From Botryllus schlosseri (taxonomy: Eukaryota), in contig CM119372.1 of the NCBI GenBank assembly GCA_051294905.1, positions 17,610,001 through 17,674,000 of the forward strand: a stretch of DNA of 64,000 nt, given 5' to 3'. Made by a program: the position numbers and the translations under genes. This document shows positions 14,395 to 27,655 of this stretch, one piece after another (the first letter of the stretch is position 1; each line of letters begins with the position of its first letter). Under the pieces are notes generated by a model. That model saw only the letters and a list, made by a program, of their open reading frames with translations, searched no databases and was not told where the DNA came from.

Positions 14395-15267
14395 ACGTGA
14401 GGTTCACGTTCGCGTTCTGTGGGTGAACCTCAGAAATTTAGAGGTTCACGCTCACACCTTGCTCGGTTTTGCACAGTGAACCTTTGTCTTATATTACAAT
14501 TTTCACTTTATTATAACATCTTTGATTGAAATTTATTGCGTTACAACTGCAGGTCACTCTATGCATGGCGCTGGCACGATAAAAAATCAACACTAAACGA
14601 GCATACACCTTGTCAATCCCAAGAAATTTACTTGCCATGTTGCAAAGGTTTGCACGAAATATTCATCTTTACGGTTGTGAATATTCAGTGACTCTCTGCT
14701 GTGTGCTTGATCCGCAATCTCATAACATCAAGAACGAAATACAATACAAGTAGGTAGGTAGGTAGTCAGCGAATGATGCTTATTCAACCAATCATGAAAT
14801 TGATATAAAGTATACGTCGTTGTCTAATGTAGAAAATCAAACAGGCGTACGGGATTCATCTGCTTAATATCAATGTCGCAATAGTCGACGTCGAATACAT
14901 TGTCCATTGTCCATGTCTGGCCTCGATCGTTAAGGCGTATAAGCTTACATTCCCTTGCAAGCCCACGACGAAATTGTTGGCAAAGCAACGGAACATATTG
15001 ATTTCATGGGATTATTATAGCATTTCATTGCTTCAGTTGATACATTTTGTGACGTTTGAAAAGTTAGCATGTGGCTTACTTCGGTATTGAGGCATGATGT
15101 GACGTATTGTGTACAATATACATTAATATATCACTTCACTGACATGTAGGGTTTGAATTTAGCAATATGACGTCACGTGACGTCATGAGGTTCGCGTTCA
15201 CACAGAACCTTTCAAAAAGGTTCGCGTTCACACGAATCTGAACCTTTCAGGGTTTGCACCATCCCTA
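14395..15267. mobile_element. hAT-type non-autonomous element with GGTTCGCGTTCAC/GAACC subterminal repeats, left end damaged
   Basis: Repeat clusters at 14400-14485 and 15188-15260, right terminus CATCCCTA; related remnant at ~19065-19132. Confidence 0.55.
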
Positions 15268-15746
15268 TAGTTGCTAGGCCATGGTAGTAACCCGCATCGA
15301 ACAATGTAGTTCATATTTGGCAACTCCTGATGACAAATTCTATTGTTTGCCTTTCATCTTTTTTGATGTCATCATCATTTTATATGTGCGTTCGCGAATA
15401 GAATAATCCATTCTGGGGTGGATCACTGAAATCATTCGATTTTGATACTAAGAATTTTCTGAATTTCTCATGATGTATGCAGTCATATTTCCAGTGTAGA
15501 AATGCGTCGTCAAGGTAGCGGTAACAACGCCATAAATTATGCACCACAGTGAGAAAATAGCGACTCGAGTTTCTTACACCTGTAACCGACTACTCCCTTA
15601 TGTTTCTCGTGCGAAAGCATAGTTGTAGCAGCATTTTCAGGCTCAACACAATAACGCAAGTATTGCGAAGCGAATAGTAGAATGTGAAATCAGTATTTTA
15701 CAGTTGTTCAGGTGTAGGCACATACGACGATTTAGGCTAATTGAAA

Positions 15747-18700
15747 ATGACAGAAACTAGCAGTAGTAGCTCAGTGTATCGACGATTCCCGTTCCGAAAG
15801 AAACGTCCAGCAAGCGCAAGTACTAAATCCAACGAGTCGAACCAGAATATTAGCAAGAAGATATCTCATAGTAACTTGGAGTCCAATGCGGAAGATTTGC
15901 TGGAACCGTTTCAGGAATTAGTAGACGAAATCAATTGGGACAGTCTCGATGGTATGAGCTGGGAAGTTTGTGATGTGTCTTTTGTTGAATTTTACTTATA
16001 TTCCATAAAAGTTGTAAGACATAAAAGAGGAAAAATACCACTCATGTAATCCGATCATGCATTTACAATGATGATGTTGTAATAGCCAAACCCACTGCAA
16101 GGGTGAAGTCACTTCCATATTACCGACCTTATCTTGCATACGCTACGGCTATATCCTATAACTCTCTGTCGGTAATTAATTGAAAAACAACCACGGCATA
16201 AACGATCAAGAAGACAGATCGATGGCCTACTCCATGTGTAGCACTCAGTCGAAGTATGGTGTTCATCGTACACTCAATATATGTCTCAATTTCATTGAAA
16301 CAAAGGTCTCCGGAACACCCATATTATATAACACTTCCGTTTCCTTCAAGTTTATGAGAAAGCGTGCGGTCATGGCTGTGTTCATGCCAATTACCAAATT
16401 ACTTTATTGTTTAATTAACTGAGGTTGACAGTATACCAGGTCGATTCATGTGTAGGGCTGGGCAAAATCGAGTACCTGAGTGCTTCGATTCTGAATCACG
16501 TATTATGCTTCGGGTCGAATCGAGTAATCGAGTATCACTCATTATAACGTCATATTTGAAGAGCTTCTTGGAGGTACAGAACTTCAATATACAATTGAAT
16601 AGTATATTCATATTGAAACGAACCCGAATATTTTCGGCTGACACTCGCCAGGGGTAATCGTCAGCAACTAGTAGAGAATTGGAAAGAACATTGTAGGCCT
16701 ATAATATATCAACAATCGTATCACAAAATATGACGTCACCAGCATGAAATTTCGAATGAGAGAGCATTCAATGTACTATTTTTAGGTGGTACACGAACTC
16801 CTTTTGTTGACAGAGTTTTGGTTGGTGTATTTTGATAAAAGTCGACTCCAAGGCACACAAATGGAATTGTGAGCGGCCCCTACCAACGATTCGAAATGAC
16901 GTCATAGCAGAATACGATATGTCCAAGTTCAAATACGTACCTTTAATGCCACCACACAGAATATAATGCCTGTTATGCGTTACATCAAAGATACTGTATA
17001 ATTTTTTCGACTACACCGATTTTTGCACTTCGTGACAATGTTGCATGATGATAATGACTTCGTAAATGTGTTATTTTCAGTAGCGTTCGTGACTTTGTAG
17101 TGTACAGGTTTCAGGGCCTTCACAGGGGAAAATAGAACCGAAACCACAATTCTCGTCGATAAATTAACTTGCAATGGCGAGGAGCGTATAATTTCAGTAC
17201 TCGAAAAATCGTCTTTTACTACTCGACTCGATTTTTTACTACTTACTCGATTCAGATTCGAGTACTCGAATCATTGTGCCAAGCCCTACTTATGTGTAGG
17301 CCTATGGCAACTGTTGAAGGCAGATGTTGCGATATAGCTGACGATAAGATCCAGTTGATTGTCTATGGGCATTTTCCGCATGCTTTCGTCAGTATAGCCT
17401 ACTACAGCAGCAGGGTGCCGCTGAATTTTAGTAAATTTTGCAACTTCTGTATTCAACGTAAGTTAGGCTAACCGAAGTAACGGAATTTTATGTTACAGCG
17501 GATATTGTTTGTCATTCGGCAATTACATTTCTGCGAAATGTTATATCACTGGTGAACAATCAATCAATCGATCAATCAGGTTTATTAATATTTTCATCGT
17601 TTCAAAACATCACAAGACTGCGATACAATGAAAAGATAGCAAGGTGTCGAAACAACTTGGAGTAGCCATTCGGATCAGACACCCACCTTAGCCATGCACA
17701 CTGAATGAAAAGTAATGCAGAGAATATAAGACGCAAGCGACAATATGGGGTGGCCTGTGGCGAAGGGCGAGGTCGATGCTACATCGTGGTCCGGTAATCC
17801 TGAAGACTGGCTAGTATTGATTTAGAAGAAATTGCAGTAGTTCCCAACCTTTTTTGACTCATCGCCCCCTTTTCAAGCTCAACGCCGATCATCGCCCCCC
17901 AGATTTTGCGAACCGAAAAATCGGTATACAATCTGTAATCTTCGGCGGGTTGACTAAAAAAAAAAAGGTCAACTTTTCGGCTCGTTGTCGAATTTTGCAC
18001 TTTTGCAACGAAATTTCCGTGGGTTGACTAAAAAAAAGGTCATTCCAACGACTTGACTCCAATATAGCCGTTTTAACGGGTCATCGCCCCCCTATCGCCC
18101 CCTTCGCTATTTCGCCCCCTTTGTCCATTTTCGCCCCCCTATCGCCCCCTTCGTCATTTTCGCCCCCCTAGGCAGTCAAATCGCTCCCTGGGGGACGATA
18201 TCGCCCACGTTGGGAACCACTGATTTAGAGTCTAAACTCGAATTTGTTCAACGCCAAAAATCATTCAACTTCAAATCTGATTCAGGCAGCGCCTTTCCGA
18301 TGCAAGACGTCAGTGTCGACAAGCCAATTGCTTCTGAAGCTGTCGCATTTGTCATTCGAGCTTCCCGCAGAGGGGTGGTTCCTTTGTGCGCCGAGGTCGC
18401 CAATTTGCTGAAAGAAAATTCAAGGTGGGTACCTTATATCTCACGAATAGTGATTTTGTGTTACTAGTTCGTCGGAGGACTTTTTCCATTAGGTTTGCTT
18501 TACTTCAATACAAATGCTCATGCTCAGCTCTTGGCTGGACGAATACTTCATTTTGTTCAAATGATCGACACCTTCCTTATACAAAAGATTGGAAGAAACT
18601 GTGAATGAACAAAGCACCAGACTAGAGCATCTAACCGAGGAAATTGAATTCTTGCGCGACAAAGTAAGCGGCCCTCGTCCGACCACACGAGAATGCGGTC

Positions 18701-21700
18701 TGCAGACGATACAAGAAAGTGATTGTCAGACTATGACAGTCGAGGACTCATTTGTACAAACTGATGTAAGTTGAAGACAATTGTGAGTGCTTAGGCGCAC
18801 GCGACGAAATATAGTTACCTTAGCTAGGCGATGTAAATATAATATTTACAACCAGAATAGCACGATATATCAAGAAAAGTTCTTATGAACCACTACGATT
18901 TCCGACGATACAATAAGGTTTATCTCAATTCGCTGTGTAATTTCCTTCCTTTCTGTACCCTGATGTAGCGATTCTATAGTGGCAGGATGTTAAAAGTCAA
19001 GGAATTTTAATAAAAATTGTTGGGATAACAGTAAAATCCTGATATTTCACAAACAGCTGTCAGGGTAGAACGCGAACCCCTGCATTACTGCACTACGAAT
19101 ACGAATGTGAACCGAACCTTCGCAACATCCTTATATCATATACTTCTGCTTCCATTCAGACACTAATTCAACCATTAAATTCGTAAATTAAATTCGTTTC
19201 GTAAGTTTTCGACAGCATCGATTGCAAATATCTCAAACGACATCAGAGATAACGTTAAACTCCAATCTTACGACGACTCGAGTGAAGTCCTACTTCGAAA
19301 CTACAATCAGCAGCTTCGCCTGATAATTGATAAGCACTCTCCACCGATCACGAAATCAATTGTCTTGCGCTGCTCACCCTGGTTTAGCAATGACATCAGG
19401 ACCGCGAAAAGACTGCGGAGAAAACTTGAACGTAAGTGGAGAGCTTCTAAACTAGTCGTACATAGACAGATGTACCAAGAACAATGCACTCGGGTGATCA
19501 GAATGATAGTCAAAGCAAAATCTAGCTACTACAACAACTTGATAATGGAATGCAAGGATAACAAGAAGAAACTTTTCAGCGTAACGAAGAACCTCCTCGC
19601 AGAATCGAGCTCGGTCAAACTACCATCGAATCATCCATCGTCACTAAGTCTGGCAAACTCATTTAACACGTTTTTCTGTGACAAGGTGGGCTCTATCAGA
19701 CAATTTTTGCTTGCTCAGCAAGGCAACCGACACCGATCAGAAGGACAAACAAACGATGAAAATTTCAACGGTGCCGGTCTGGATAATCTATCGCCTACTA
19801 ATGTTGACGAGATTAAAGAGCTCATATCTGGTACACGAACAAAGACATGCGATCTTGATCCTATACCAACTTGGATTCTCAAGGAATGTTTCTCCGACTT
19901 GGCGATTCTGGTCGTCGAAATCATAAATCGGTCGCTGTTAGACGGCGTGGTACCGCAATGCTTTAAGCGAGCTGTGGTGACCCCACTCCTGAAGAAGAAC
20001 ACTCTGGACCCCGATCTGATGCAAAACTATCGACCGATATCGCAGCTTCCGCATCTCTCAAAGCTTCTGGAAAAGGTTGTCGCCAAACGTATTGTGGACC
20101 ATGTGACCGAGTACGATCTTCACGACATGAATCAGTCGGCATATCGTGCCGGACACTCGACTGAAACAGCAACGTTACGCGTCCACAATGACATTGCTTC
20201 TGCCCTCGACAACGGAAACATGGTCGCTCTGATCATGCTGGATCTCTCCGCTGCCTTCAATGTAATCGACCACGTTCTATTGGTGGAACGGCTCCATCAT
20301 GTATTCGGAATCTCCGGCGTGGCATTAGAATGGGTAAAATCTTATTTGAAAGATTGAATGCAGTGCGTATCTGTGGGCGGTGTCCGTTCGTCAGAGATTC
20401 AAATCGAATCAGGCGTACCACAGGGTTCTGTTCTCGGCCCATTGCTCTACCTCATGTACACGAAGCCAGTCGGAGATATTTGCCGTCGCCATGGTTTCTT
20501 CCACCATTGCTACGCGGATGATACACAGGTCTACGGTCTTATGAGAAATAGCAATGAATGGGAGAGCGTGTCATCCAAGTTACAGCGATGTCTTATTGAT
20601 ATTGAGCTCTGGATGACACAAAATCTTCTCAAGTTAAACAAAGAGAAAACTGAACTCATCATTTTTACGCCAACCAGACGCCCCATCGACCACAATCAAT
20701 TCACCATCAGATTCGGACCAGACACCATCCAAGGCAAGACCTGTGTACGTAACCTAGGTATTCACTTTGACGGCATGCTCTCAATGGAAAAACATATCGA
20801 CTATACATCAAAGATCTGTTTCATGTATATCCACAAGATCAGTCGAATCAGGAACTACCTATCTGAGGATGCATGCAAAGCCATAATACTGTCGCTGGTG
20901 ATATCACGGCTTGACTATGGAAATGCTCTGCTTTACGGGGTAAACCAAAATTGCATCGACAAGCTACAAAAGATCCAAAACATCGCTGCTCGTTTGATAA
21001 CTCGGTCAAGGAAGCGTGATCACGTAACACCGATTCTTAGATCCCTTCATTGGTTACCCGTGAAATTTAGGTCTGAATACAAGCTTCTTCTGTACGTCTT
21101 CAAATGCATGGAGGGAAGTGCACCAGCGTATCTTCGTGAGCTAGTGACAATGTATAATCCCGGAAGAGCGCTACGTTCTCAGTCGCAAAAGCTCTTGTCC
21201 GTTCCAAGAGTCAGAACATCGACCTATACGGCGAGAGAATCTTTTCTTCCTCGGCCGCCATTCTGTGGAACAATCTTCCAATTTCTATCAGACTATGTGA
21301 CTCGCTATATGTTTTCAAACGCAAAATCAAGACCGTTTTATTCACACGAGCGTTCGAGCTAGAGTAGTGTTCATTCCGCCCTACAACTATGCGCTTCGTC
21401 TTTTATACATATCCTTTACTTTTATATTTTATTGCCTTTTATGTACAGCGCCCTAGTGTAGTAATGATATATTGTTATATTCGGCGCTCTATAAATTATT
21501 ATATTATTATTAGTATTATTATAAATTCAACCAGCAATTGCACCCAGACTTAAGATTACGATGTTTACCGTGAGACGAAGCTGTTTACAAGTATTATGGG
21601 TTTATCGGTGGTGCGAGCGTGCATCGGACAACACAGGCTCGCCGCGTGGTATTAATAGTACCTGGTCGCTCGCCCAATAAATACACTAATAATGCTTGTA

Positions 21701-24700
21701 TTCGTCTCATGGTGACAAATATCCGATATTGAATAAGAAAGAGAGAAAGAATCTTTATTCGTATACATTAGATATAGACATTACACTACAAAAATGTAAC
21801 AGTGAAATGCGACATGCAAGGTAGACGGGAGGCTCGATATGACAAAGTCTTCAGAGCCGAGCCACCCAGGACAGGAGCCATTTTCACAGTCGATAGCTCA
21901 TAAATAAAAATAAAATAAAATAAACTAACGATCGAAAAGAAAAACAAGACACAGTATCATAGACCAATTCGAAATACAATGCAAATACAATTTAGCGGTA
22001 GTTAGAGATAAGAGAATGAAAACATTGCTCTTTAAGATCACAAGAGTCTAAATTACGGAGATAAGTTACGAATGTTACACAACCACATTATAGTTTCGTT
22101 GCAACAGATGATCCGAATATCTTGCATAAGGGAAGAAGACATTCAGCTTCTGAAGTTAAACATTTCAACTGAAGAATTGCGGTCAGGCCGATATCGCGAA
22201 GACCATGATCACGAGGTTGGCATCGTATGGAATAGTGCAAGTTAATGAGTGTAGTATGATGGCTCATGTTGAACAATATGCTGGTGTGTTTGCTGAATTC
22301 TATAAATGCGAATTTATGACCTATGACTAGTCTAGATTGGTTAAATCACTTCATTTTTGACAGCCATGTAGGATGAAATTTGTTGGAGTTACATCAAGCT
22401 GTGGTGGAGATGTAATTCTAACTTGCTCCTGTTCCCATCTCGCAAGCACGTCGACTCAAAGCCCGGTTACTATTTCTATCGGCGTTAACACGGTTAGCGA
22501 AGAATGGTAAGCGACCTAATATATTTGATGTCGATATAAAGCTACACGACCTAAGATCGTATAGTAATTAACGATCATATTTGATAACGAAATCTTCGAA
22601 ATATAAAAGTGAATGCTGTGACCAGGATTCGAACCTGGGTTATCACGGCCACAGCGTGAGGTACTAACCACTATACGATCACAGCGCTTTCGTAGCAGAG
22701 GATGGTTTCGATCCATCGACCTCTGGGTTATGAGCCCAGCACGCTTCCGCTGCGCCACTCTGCTGACACTGTAAACGCCTTCCTTACATTCAGTTCCAAT
22801 CAGTACTACACGTCGTGTAACTAATAATGGATGAATATCCCTGTAACTAATTTCGTAGCCTATTCTGTCAGATAAACGCGATTATCACGCCCTTGACAAA
22901 ACGTGATAAGATGTGTTAAATTTAGTTGAGCCTCCTGTCTCATAAAAACGAAAAACGCATTCCCTGTAGTCAGTTAATACATTTAATTCAGGATTGTTGA
23001 ATACAATTTAATGGTACTCGCCGACGCTGAATAGATTTCTTCCTTATCCCATAAGTAACAACTCTACTTTTGACCCATCGACACGCCCGTGATATGTTGG
23101 TCTATGCAGCATGGATTCGACGTTGGGATATTTTGAGCACATGAGCCTCGAGAAATGCCATAGAGACCTCAAGCAAGAGCATGAAAATCTCACCTCAAAG
23201 TACGAAGACATCGGCAAAATCAAAGAAGAATTTGGCGTTGAGCTGAAATCCGCGAAAGAAGAAATTGTCGCGTTGCAAAAGACGATTCAAGATTTCCAAG
23301 TAAGAACACAGGAAACGATTTTCCATCATGATCACCGAATACCCCTGGACTGGATATGTCGTCTCATTTGCCGACAAAAAATGAGGGTATCCAACCAAAA
23401 GTTCGGATACTTCTGTGTATGCGGTATGGGCGCTGTCAGGGTAATGCTTCTGAATTTTCTGGAATCGAGATGCGATATAAAACACATCGCCATTCCCGAT
23501 GTACAGGAGTCAACCTAACTAGGCAGAGTCGGAATCGCAATTTCAATCCAAAGTCGGAGTTGTCACATAGGAGCCACAGCACTTCAATTTTCAATTGAAT
23601 TCTTCAGACTCACCTCTGGGTGTGCGTGAGTATATGGAATACTTCGTCAGAACTTCATACGGTCAATATTTTCCCAATCGTATGAGATATTGTCACCAGA
23701 GTCACACCAGCAAACTCGATCGTTCCTTGATGGCGCCATCGTAATAGTTTGCAATATATATGCAAAAACTACAAAGTATAAATAGTCTCAATGAAGTAAA
23801 CTTATTGGCATAACTGTTCATTATTAGAATAAAGAGTACGAAAAGGAGCTCGAAGAAGATATGCTCAGAAGACATGAAAACTACAGCGTTGACGTTCAGG
23901 ACACGAATGAATCTCTGGGAGAGTGGGACTGTACTATCCAGCGCGTGGTGAATAGTGCATTGGGCCCAAAACGAGGGAAAAGTCTTTTGCCGATTTTGGC
24001 ACCAAAAGGTGGTAAAAGGTATTACATGTATATTGCATAATCTCGTTACACGTGCTTCGGTGCTTCAGATAATGCTGTGGTCCTCGATCTATGGTATACG
24101 CGTGCCACTATAGTGAGATGTCGGTATTTCTCTCACTACCGTTAATTCTGTTAACATACGCTGGCATTTCGCTAAACTGCATCGTCAATTTCTTTCTGCC
24201 TGGCGAGTGTACTAGCATGACGAAGTTTGTTACGTTATTATTACGCAGCAATTGATTCCTGCGATCTATAGTGCATATTTGTTCAAAATGGTCCAAGCAC
24301 TGCTACTAAGGGGGGGGGGGGGGGCTATTAGGTGCCATGACATACCCAGGCTTATCCAGTTTAGGCTAACATGCGACGCCGTAAAGTGAGGTGTGCAAAC
24401 CTGCCAATACTACCTGAACTCAAAACACCGGCTCTATAAACGTTGGCGCAAATGATCACAGCATATGCTGACGGAATCCCTCAATCTCTATAATATTCTG
24501 GCGCCGCAATTGCTGTGAATGAGACCAAAAACTCGGCTACCAATAATATAATTAATGTAATTACATGAGCTTATACAATATGGTTCCGCAAATGTGATGT
24601 AGTTTGGTGTTGTTATTATTATTGTTGTTTTTGTTTATTATTTCCTTTTATCAGATCGACCTCATACCCGGGACCCATCGTGGGTTGCAAATGTCAGATG

Positions 24701-26033
24701 TGTACGGCGTTCTTCCGCAGCAGCGGTCTTCTAGGGTTTGCCTGCAGTCCTTACATCACCGATGTTGTCGGAAAGAATCCCGTCCTGCGTGACTTGAAGA
24801 AATTGGTCTGGCTTCAAAAGTAATTTATACCGTGATATTATTGCTTTTTTGTGAGAATACAATACAGATTTTCAGTTCCAAGCTTCAGATCAAGCCGAAC
24901 GACCAGGTCATGACGCGGAGTAACCGAGTCGGAACCGTACGATACGTGGGCCACCTCGATGGAGTTGGGAACCAGAGCGTTGTATACGTTGGGTTAGAAC
25001 TGGAGTATCAAGGTAACAGAAGAGTGCATCATAGGCATAGTTACGAAGTCCCAGTTGAAATTGGCTGAGATCATGAGAGTCATAAAACTCAATACAGTTC
25101 CGTATACGATACGTAGTACAATCAGTGATATAAATCTACTTTGAAATGGAACTGGAAGGAGATGTATCTAATCACTGCTATGATTGTTTCATCTAGCAAT
25201 TATAGCTAATTTGATTTCAAGTTTGGCTTTTACTCTCCAAGAGACATCATTTGTAACAGCACAAAATCAGTGATATTATGCTACTGTAATATCTTTTCTG
25301 CGACTCTTGCAGACGGCCGTCACGATGGATATCACAACGGAAAGCGATACTTCGTGTGTCGTCATAAGCACGGCATATTCATTCCTTTGGAAGACGTGCT
25401 ATGCATTCTGGATGGAAAATTACAGGTCGGCATAATGCAATGAAATTGCTTCAACAACGGTTGCGTTGGAAAGCCCAGACAACTAGAACTCTCGCTTCGG
25501 TGATAATTATATAGGTATAGTTTTACGACGGCATGCATTCAAATCGCGAGGGAGCACTGATCAATTTCCATTACGCCCAAGATAATGCCACAGCCACATA
25601 CTTTCCGCGTACATTCACTGCATTCAACCTAATCACCCCACAATATTAGCTATGCCCGTGGTTGCAGTAGGCCATTCTTATCGGACCCTATTACCAATTC
25701 GCTCGAATTCACGATTCTGTATTTTGACTTCGATTCAATGTGATAATACACTGTTACATAATTATCCAAACCTCACTCTCCTAAGCTACAATATTGCGGA
25801 CTCTCCAACCATCTTTTGCTGTTAAGACACGCACTTCGGTCAACGATGTACATTCTGCTAGTTCACTAGTAAAAAGAAACAAAAGTACCGGCTTGGCAAG
25901 CGCGAAGAAACTCACCAGTCATCGGAGCGGTGCGAGCTATATTTCCGCGGCATTCTCAACTTCAAGCTCGGCATCTACAACTGGCAGTGTCATATCTCGA
26001 ACCAGCTCATCATACCGCAATGACCAGTCCTAG
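15747..26033 (+). CDS. Multi-exon coiled-coil protein with a C-terminal CAP-Gly domain (model partly unresolved)
   Basis: Exons 15747-15951, 18286-18424, 18588-18765, possibly 18861-18917, a LINE-split candidate (19160-19174 + 21534-21610), 23110-23299, 23828-24018, 24655-24819, 24876-25012 (GTVRYVGHLDG..YVGLEL), 25313-25425 (DGRHDGYHNGKRYFVC..HGIFIP, a variant of the CAP-Gly GKNDG motif). The last exon is probably the Ser-rich ORF ~25786-26033, but its phase is not resolved. Confidence 0.75.
16453..17288 (+). mobile_element. hAT-type MITE family TAGGGCTGGGC (long copy)
   Basis: TAGGGCTGGGC..GCCAAGCCCTA; ACTCG subterminal repeats; imperfect 8-bp TSD TTCATGTG/CTTATGTG. Confidence 0.85.
17835..18222. 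mobile_element. hAT/Charlie-type MITE with TCGCCCCC repeats
   Basis: CAGTAGTTCCCAACC...GTTGGGAACCACTG; many TCGCCCCC subterminal motifs. Confidence 0.78.
19175..21523 (+). mobile_element. 5'-truncated L2/CR1-group LINE (reverse transcriptase), frameshifted
   Basis: ORFs 19365-20357 and 20358-21362 give NYRPIS, QSAYRAGHSTETA, LDLSAAF, GVPQGSVLGP, YADDTQ, LHWLPV. (TAT)n tail at ~21495-21523. Candidate TSD AATTCAACCA at 19165-19174 and 21524-21533. Confidence 0.93.
21745..22440 (-). mobile_element. Degenerate 3' end of a second non-LTR retrotransposon (CR1/L2/Crack-like)
   Basis: Minus strand ends in AATAAA plus a CT-rich tail (~21735-21760); a broken coding remnant (LHYSIR..) resembles LINE ORF2 C-termini. 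Boundaries approximate. Confidence 0.4.
22614..22685 (-). tRNA. tRNA-His (GTG)
   Basis: GCTGTGATCGTATAGTGGTTAGTACCTCACGCTGTGGCCGTGATAACCCAGGTTCGAATCCTGGTCACAGCA forms a full cloverleaf; T4 terminator at 22605-22608. Confidence 0.95.
22693..22764 (-). tRNA. Initiator tRNA-Met (CAT)
   Basis: Reverse complement AGCAGAGTGGCGCAGCGGAAGCGTGCTGGGCTCATAACCCAGAGGTCGATGGATCGAAACCATCCTCTGCTA: A1-U72 pair, three G-C pairs in the anticodon stem, GATCG T-loop diagnostic of eukaryotic tRNAi. Confidence 0.97.
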
Positions 26034-26565
26034 ATTTCGTCATCGCTGCAGGTTGCATCACTAATGTAGCCGAACGGAGGGAGGGCGAAGGACGCCGTTG
26101 CCCGCCAAATTTTCGAACTGTCCACAATGACGCCATATACATAGGCGTAGTCAGGGGCAAAGGGGCCATGCTCCCCTCCCAATTTTTGTAAATTAACATA
26201 AGGTGAAGCGTTATTAAGCATAAATATTCAACTTCAATTTGTTTGATGTATAGTGTGATATCTGGTATGTGTCAGTAGATTTTTTAATCGTTGCGCACCT
26301 TTCTCCCGATGAATATAAATTAAAAAATAAGGCTAAATAAAAATACGCATGATGTACAGAATTGAATCTAACTGTGTTCTGCGGGACTATTAGGCAAAAG
26401 CCCCTCGGCAAGGGCTTTGAAGCAGCCGTAAATGTTGAATTGCTCCGGCTCCGGAGCTTTCTTCTATCATACATTAGCTCCGGCTCTAGCTCCGGAGCCG
26501 CATTATTATCACTGCTCCGGCTCCAGCTCCGGCTATGAAAACTATTGAATGGGTATGTATATATC

Positions 26566-27287
26566 AAGGTTGGCCAACCCGTGATCCGCGGGCCAGATGT
26601 GGCCCGCGAGAAGGTTTTGAGTGGCGCGCGAAGTAATTTCTCAGTATATTATCGAAATCCTGTTATATTATCGAAAATGAATTGCCCAGATTGTGAACTT
26701 GCAAGGCCAACCAAAAATATGATTAGTCTGGCAGCGACAAAGGGTACGTTGATGATGGCAATATCAGTTCCGACCCATTGGCAGATCAAGGGTTCAGTCA
26801 CATTTTAGTAAATCGTCGTACATTACAATAAAATAAAATGGTAGTAAAATTTTTCTCCACGCTTTGCGTGATTAATTGTCACACGATTTCTTGCTCGGTA
26901 GCCTACCCCCATCCGAAAATGAAAAAAACGCCTTATTTAGCCGATTGAGTCTAACTCTATTCGCAATTACGAGAGAAAGTCTTTTCGCGTTTGCGCTCGC
27001 AGAAAGATCGTCGACGATGAAATGTAGGCACCAAATGATTATCATAAAATGTCACATATAAGCGGAAACTTTCGATATCGATATGTCTATGCCGAATTGT
27101 TCTGTCCTTGCATACTGAGCCCATCGGGCGTTATACAGTAGACCCTCAATATACTCAAGTAATAATATTATTGACCTATAGTTCATTTATAAACTTAGAA
27201 AATTTTACGCGCTTGATGCGGCTAGTGGACAGCGCACTCGTTCGTCAATTGCATGTAGCCCTTTAGCCGAAAAGGATGGCACCCCTG
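26566..27287. mobile_element. Degenerate hAT-type MITE, preceded by a GCTCCG-repeat remnant at ~26410-26545
   Basis: CAAGGTTGGCCAACC..GCGGGCCAGATGTGGCCCGCG left end; GGATGGCACCCCTG right end. Confidence 0.5.
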
Positions 27288-27655
27288 GTCCATAATGATT
27301 ACTAATCTATCGGTAGGTTAGTTATCTATAGTAATCTAGAGTCTGTCAGCCGTCAGTAACATCGGATGCAGCAACAAAGACATTGGTGCCGCCGTGTCGG
27401 CCTGTGACGTCATAATGAATACTTGTCAATTGCCGATAACATCATAGACATACAGTTGCACTAGAACGCACTTTACTCAATGCCATTGCTGTACGTGTAC
27501 ACGGCATTAAAATTCTGATGCGGCGTTTTAACACTGGTACTGTACTCGTTAACATTTAGCCATACAGCTGAATTCAATCTTTAAATGTACGATTATTATT
27601 CGACCGTTACTGCAGTAATTTGAACAAGTGATTTGTGGTACAGAACTTCAGAATA

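Noticed and set aside
22516..22758. Duplicated ORF MAQRKRAGLITQRSMDRNHPLL (also 34310-34492)
   Set aside because: Translation artefact of the tRNA pair.
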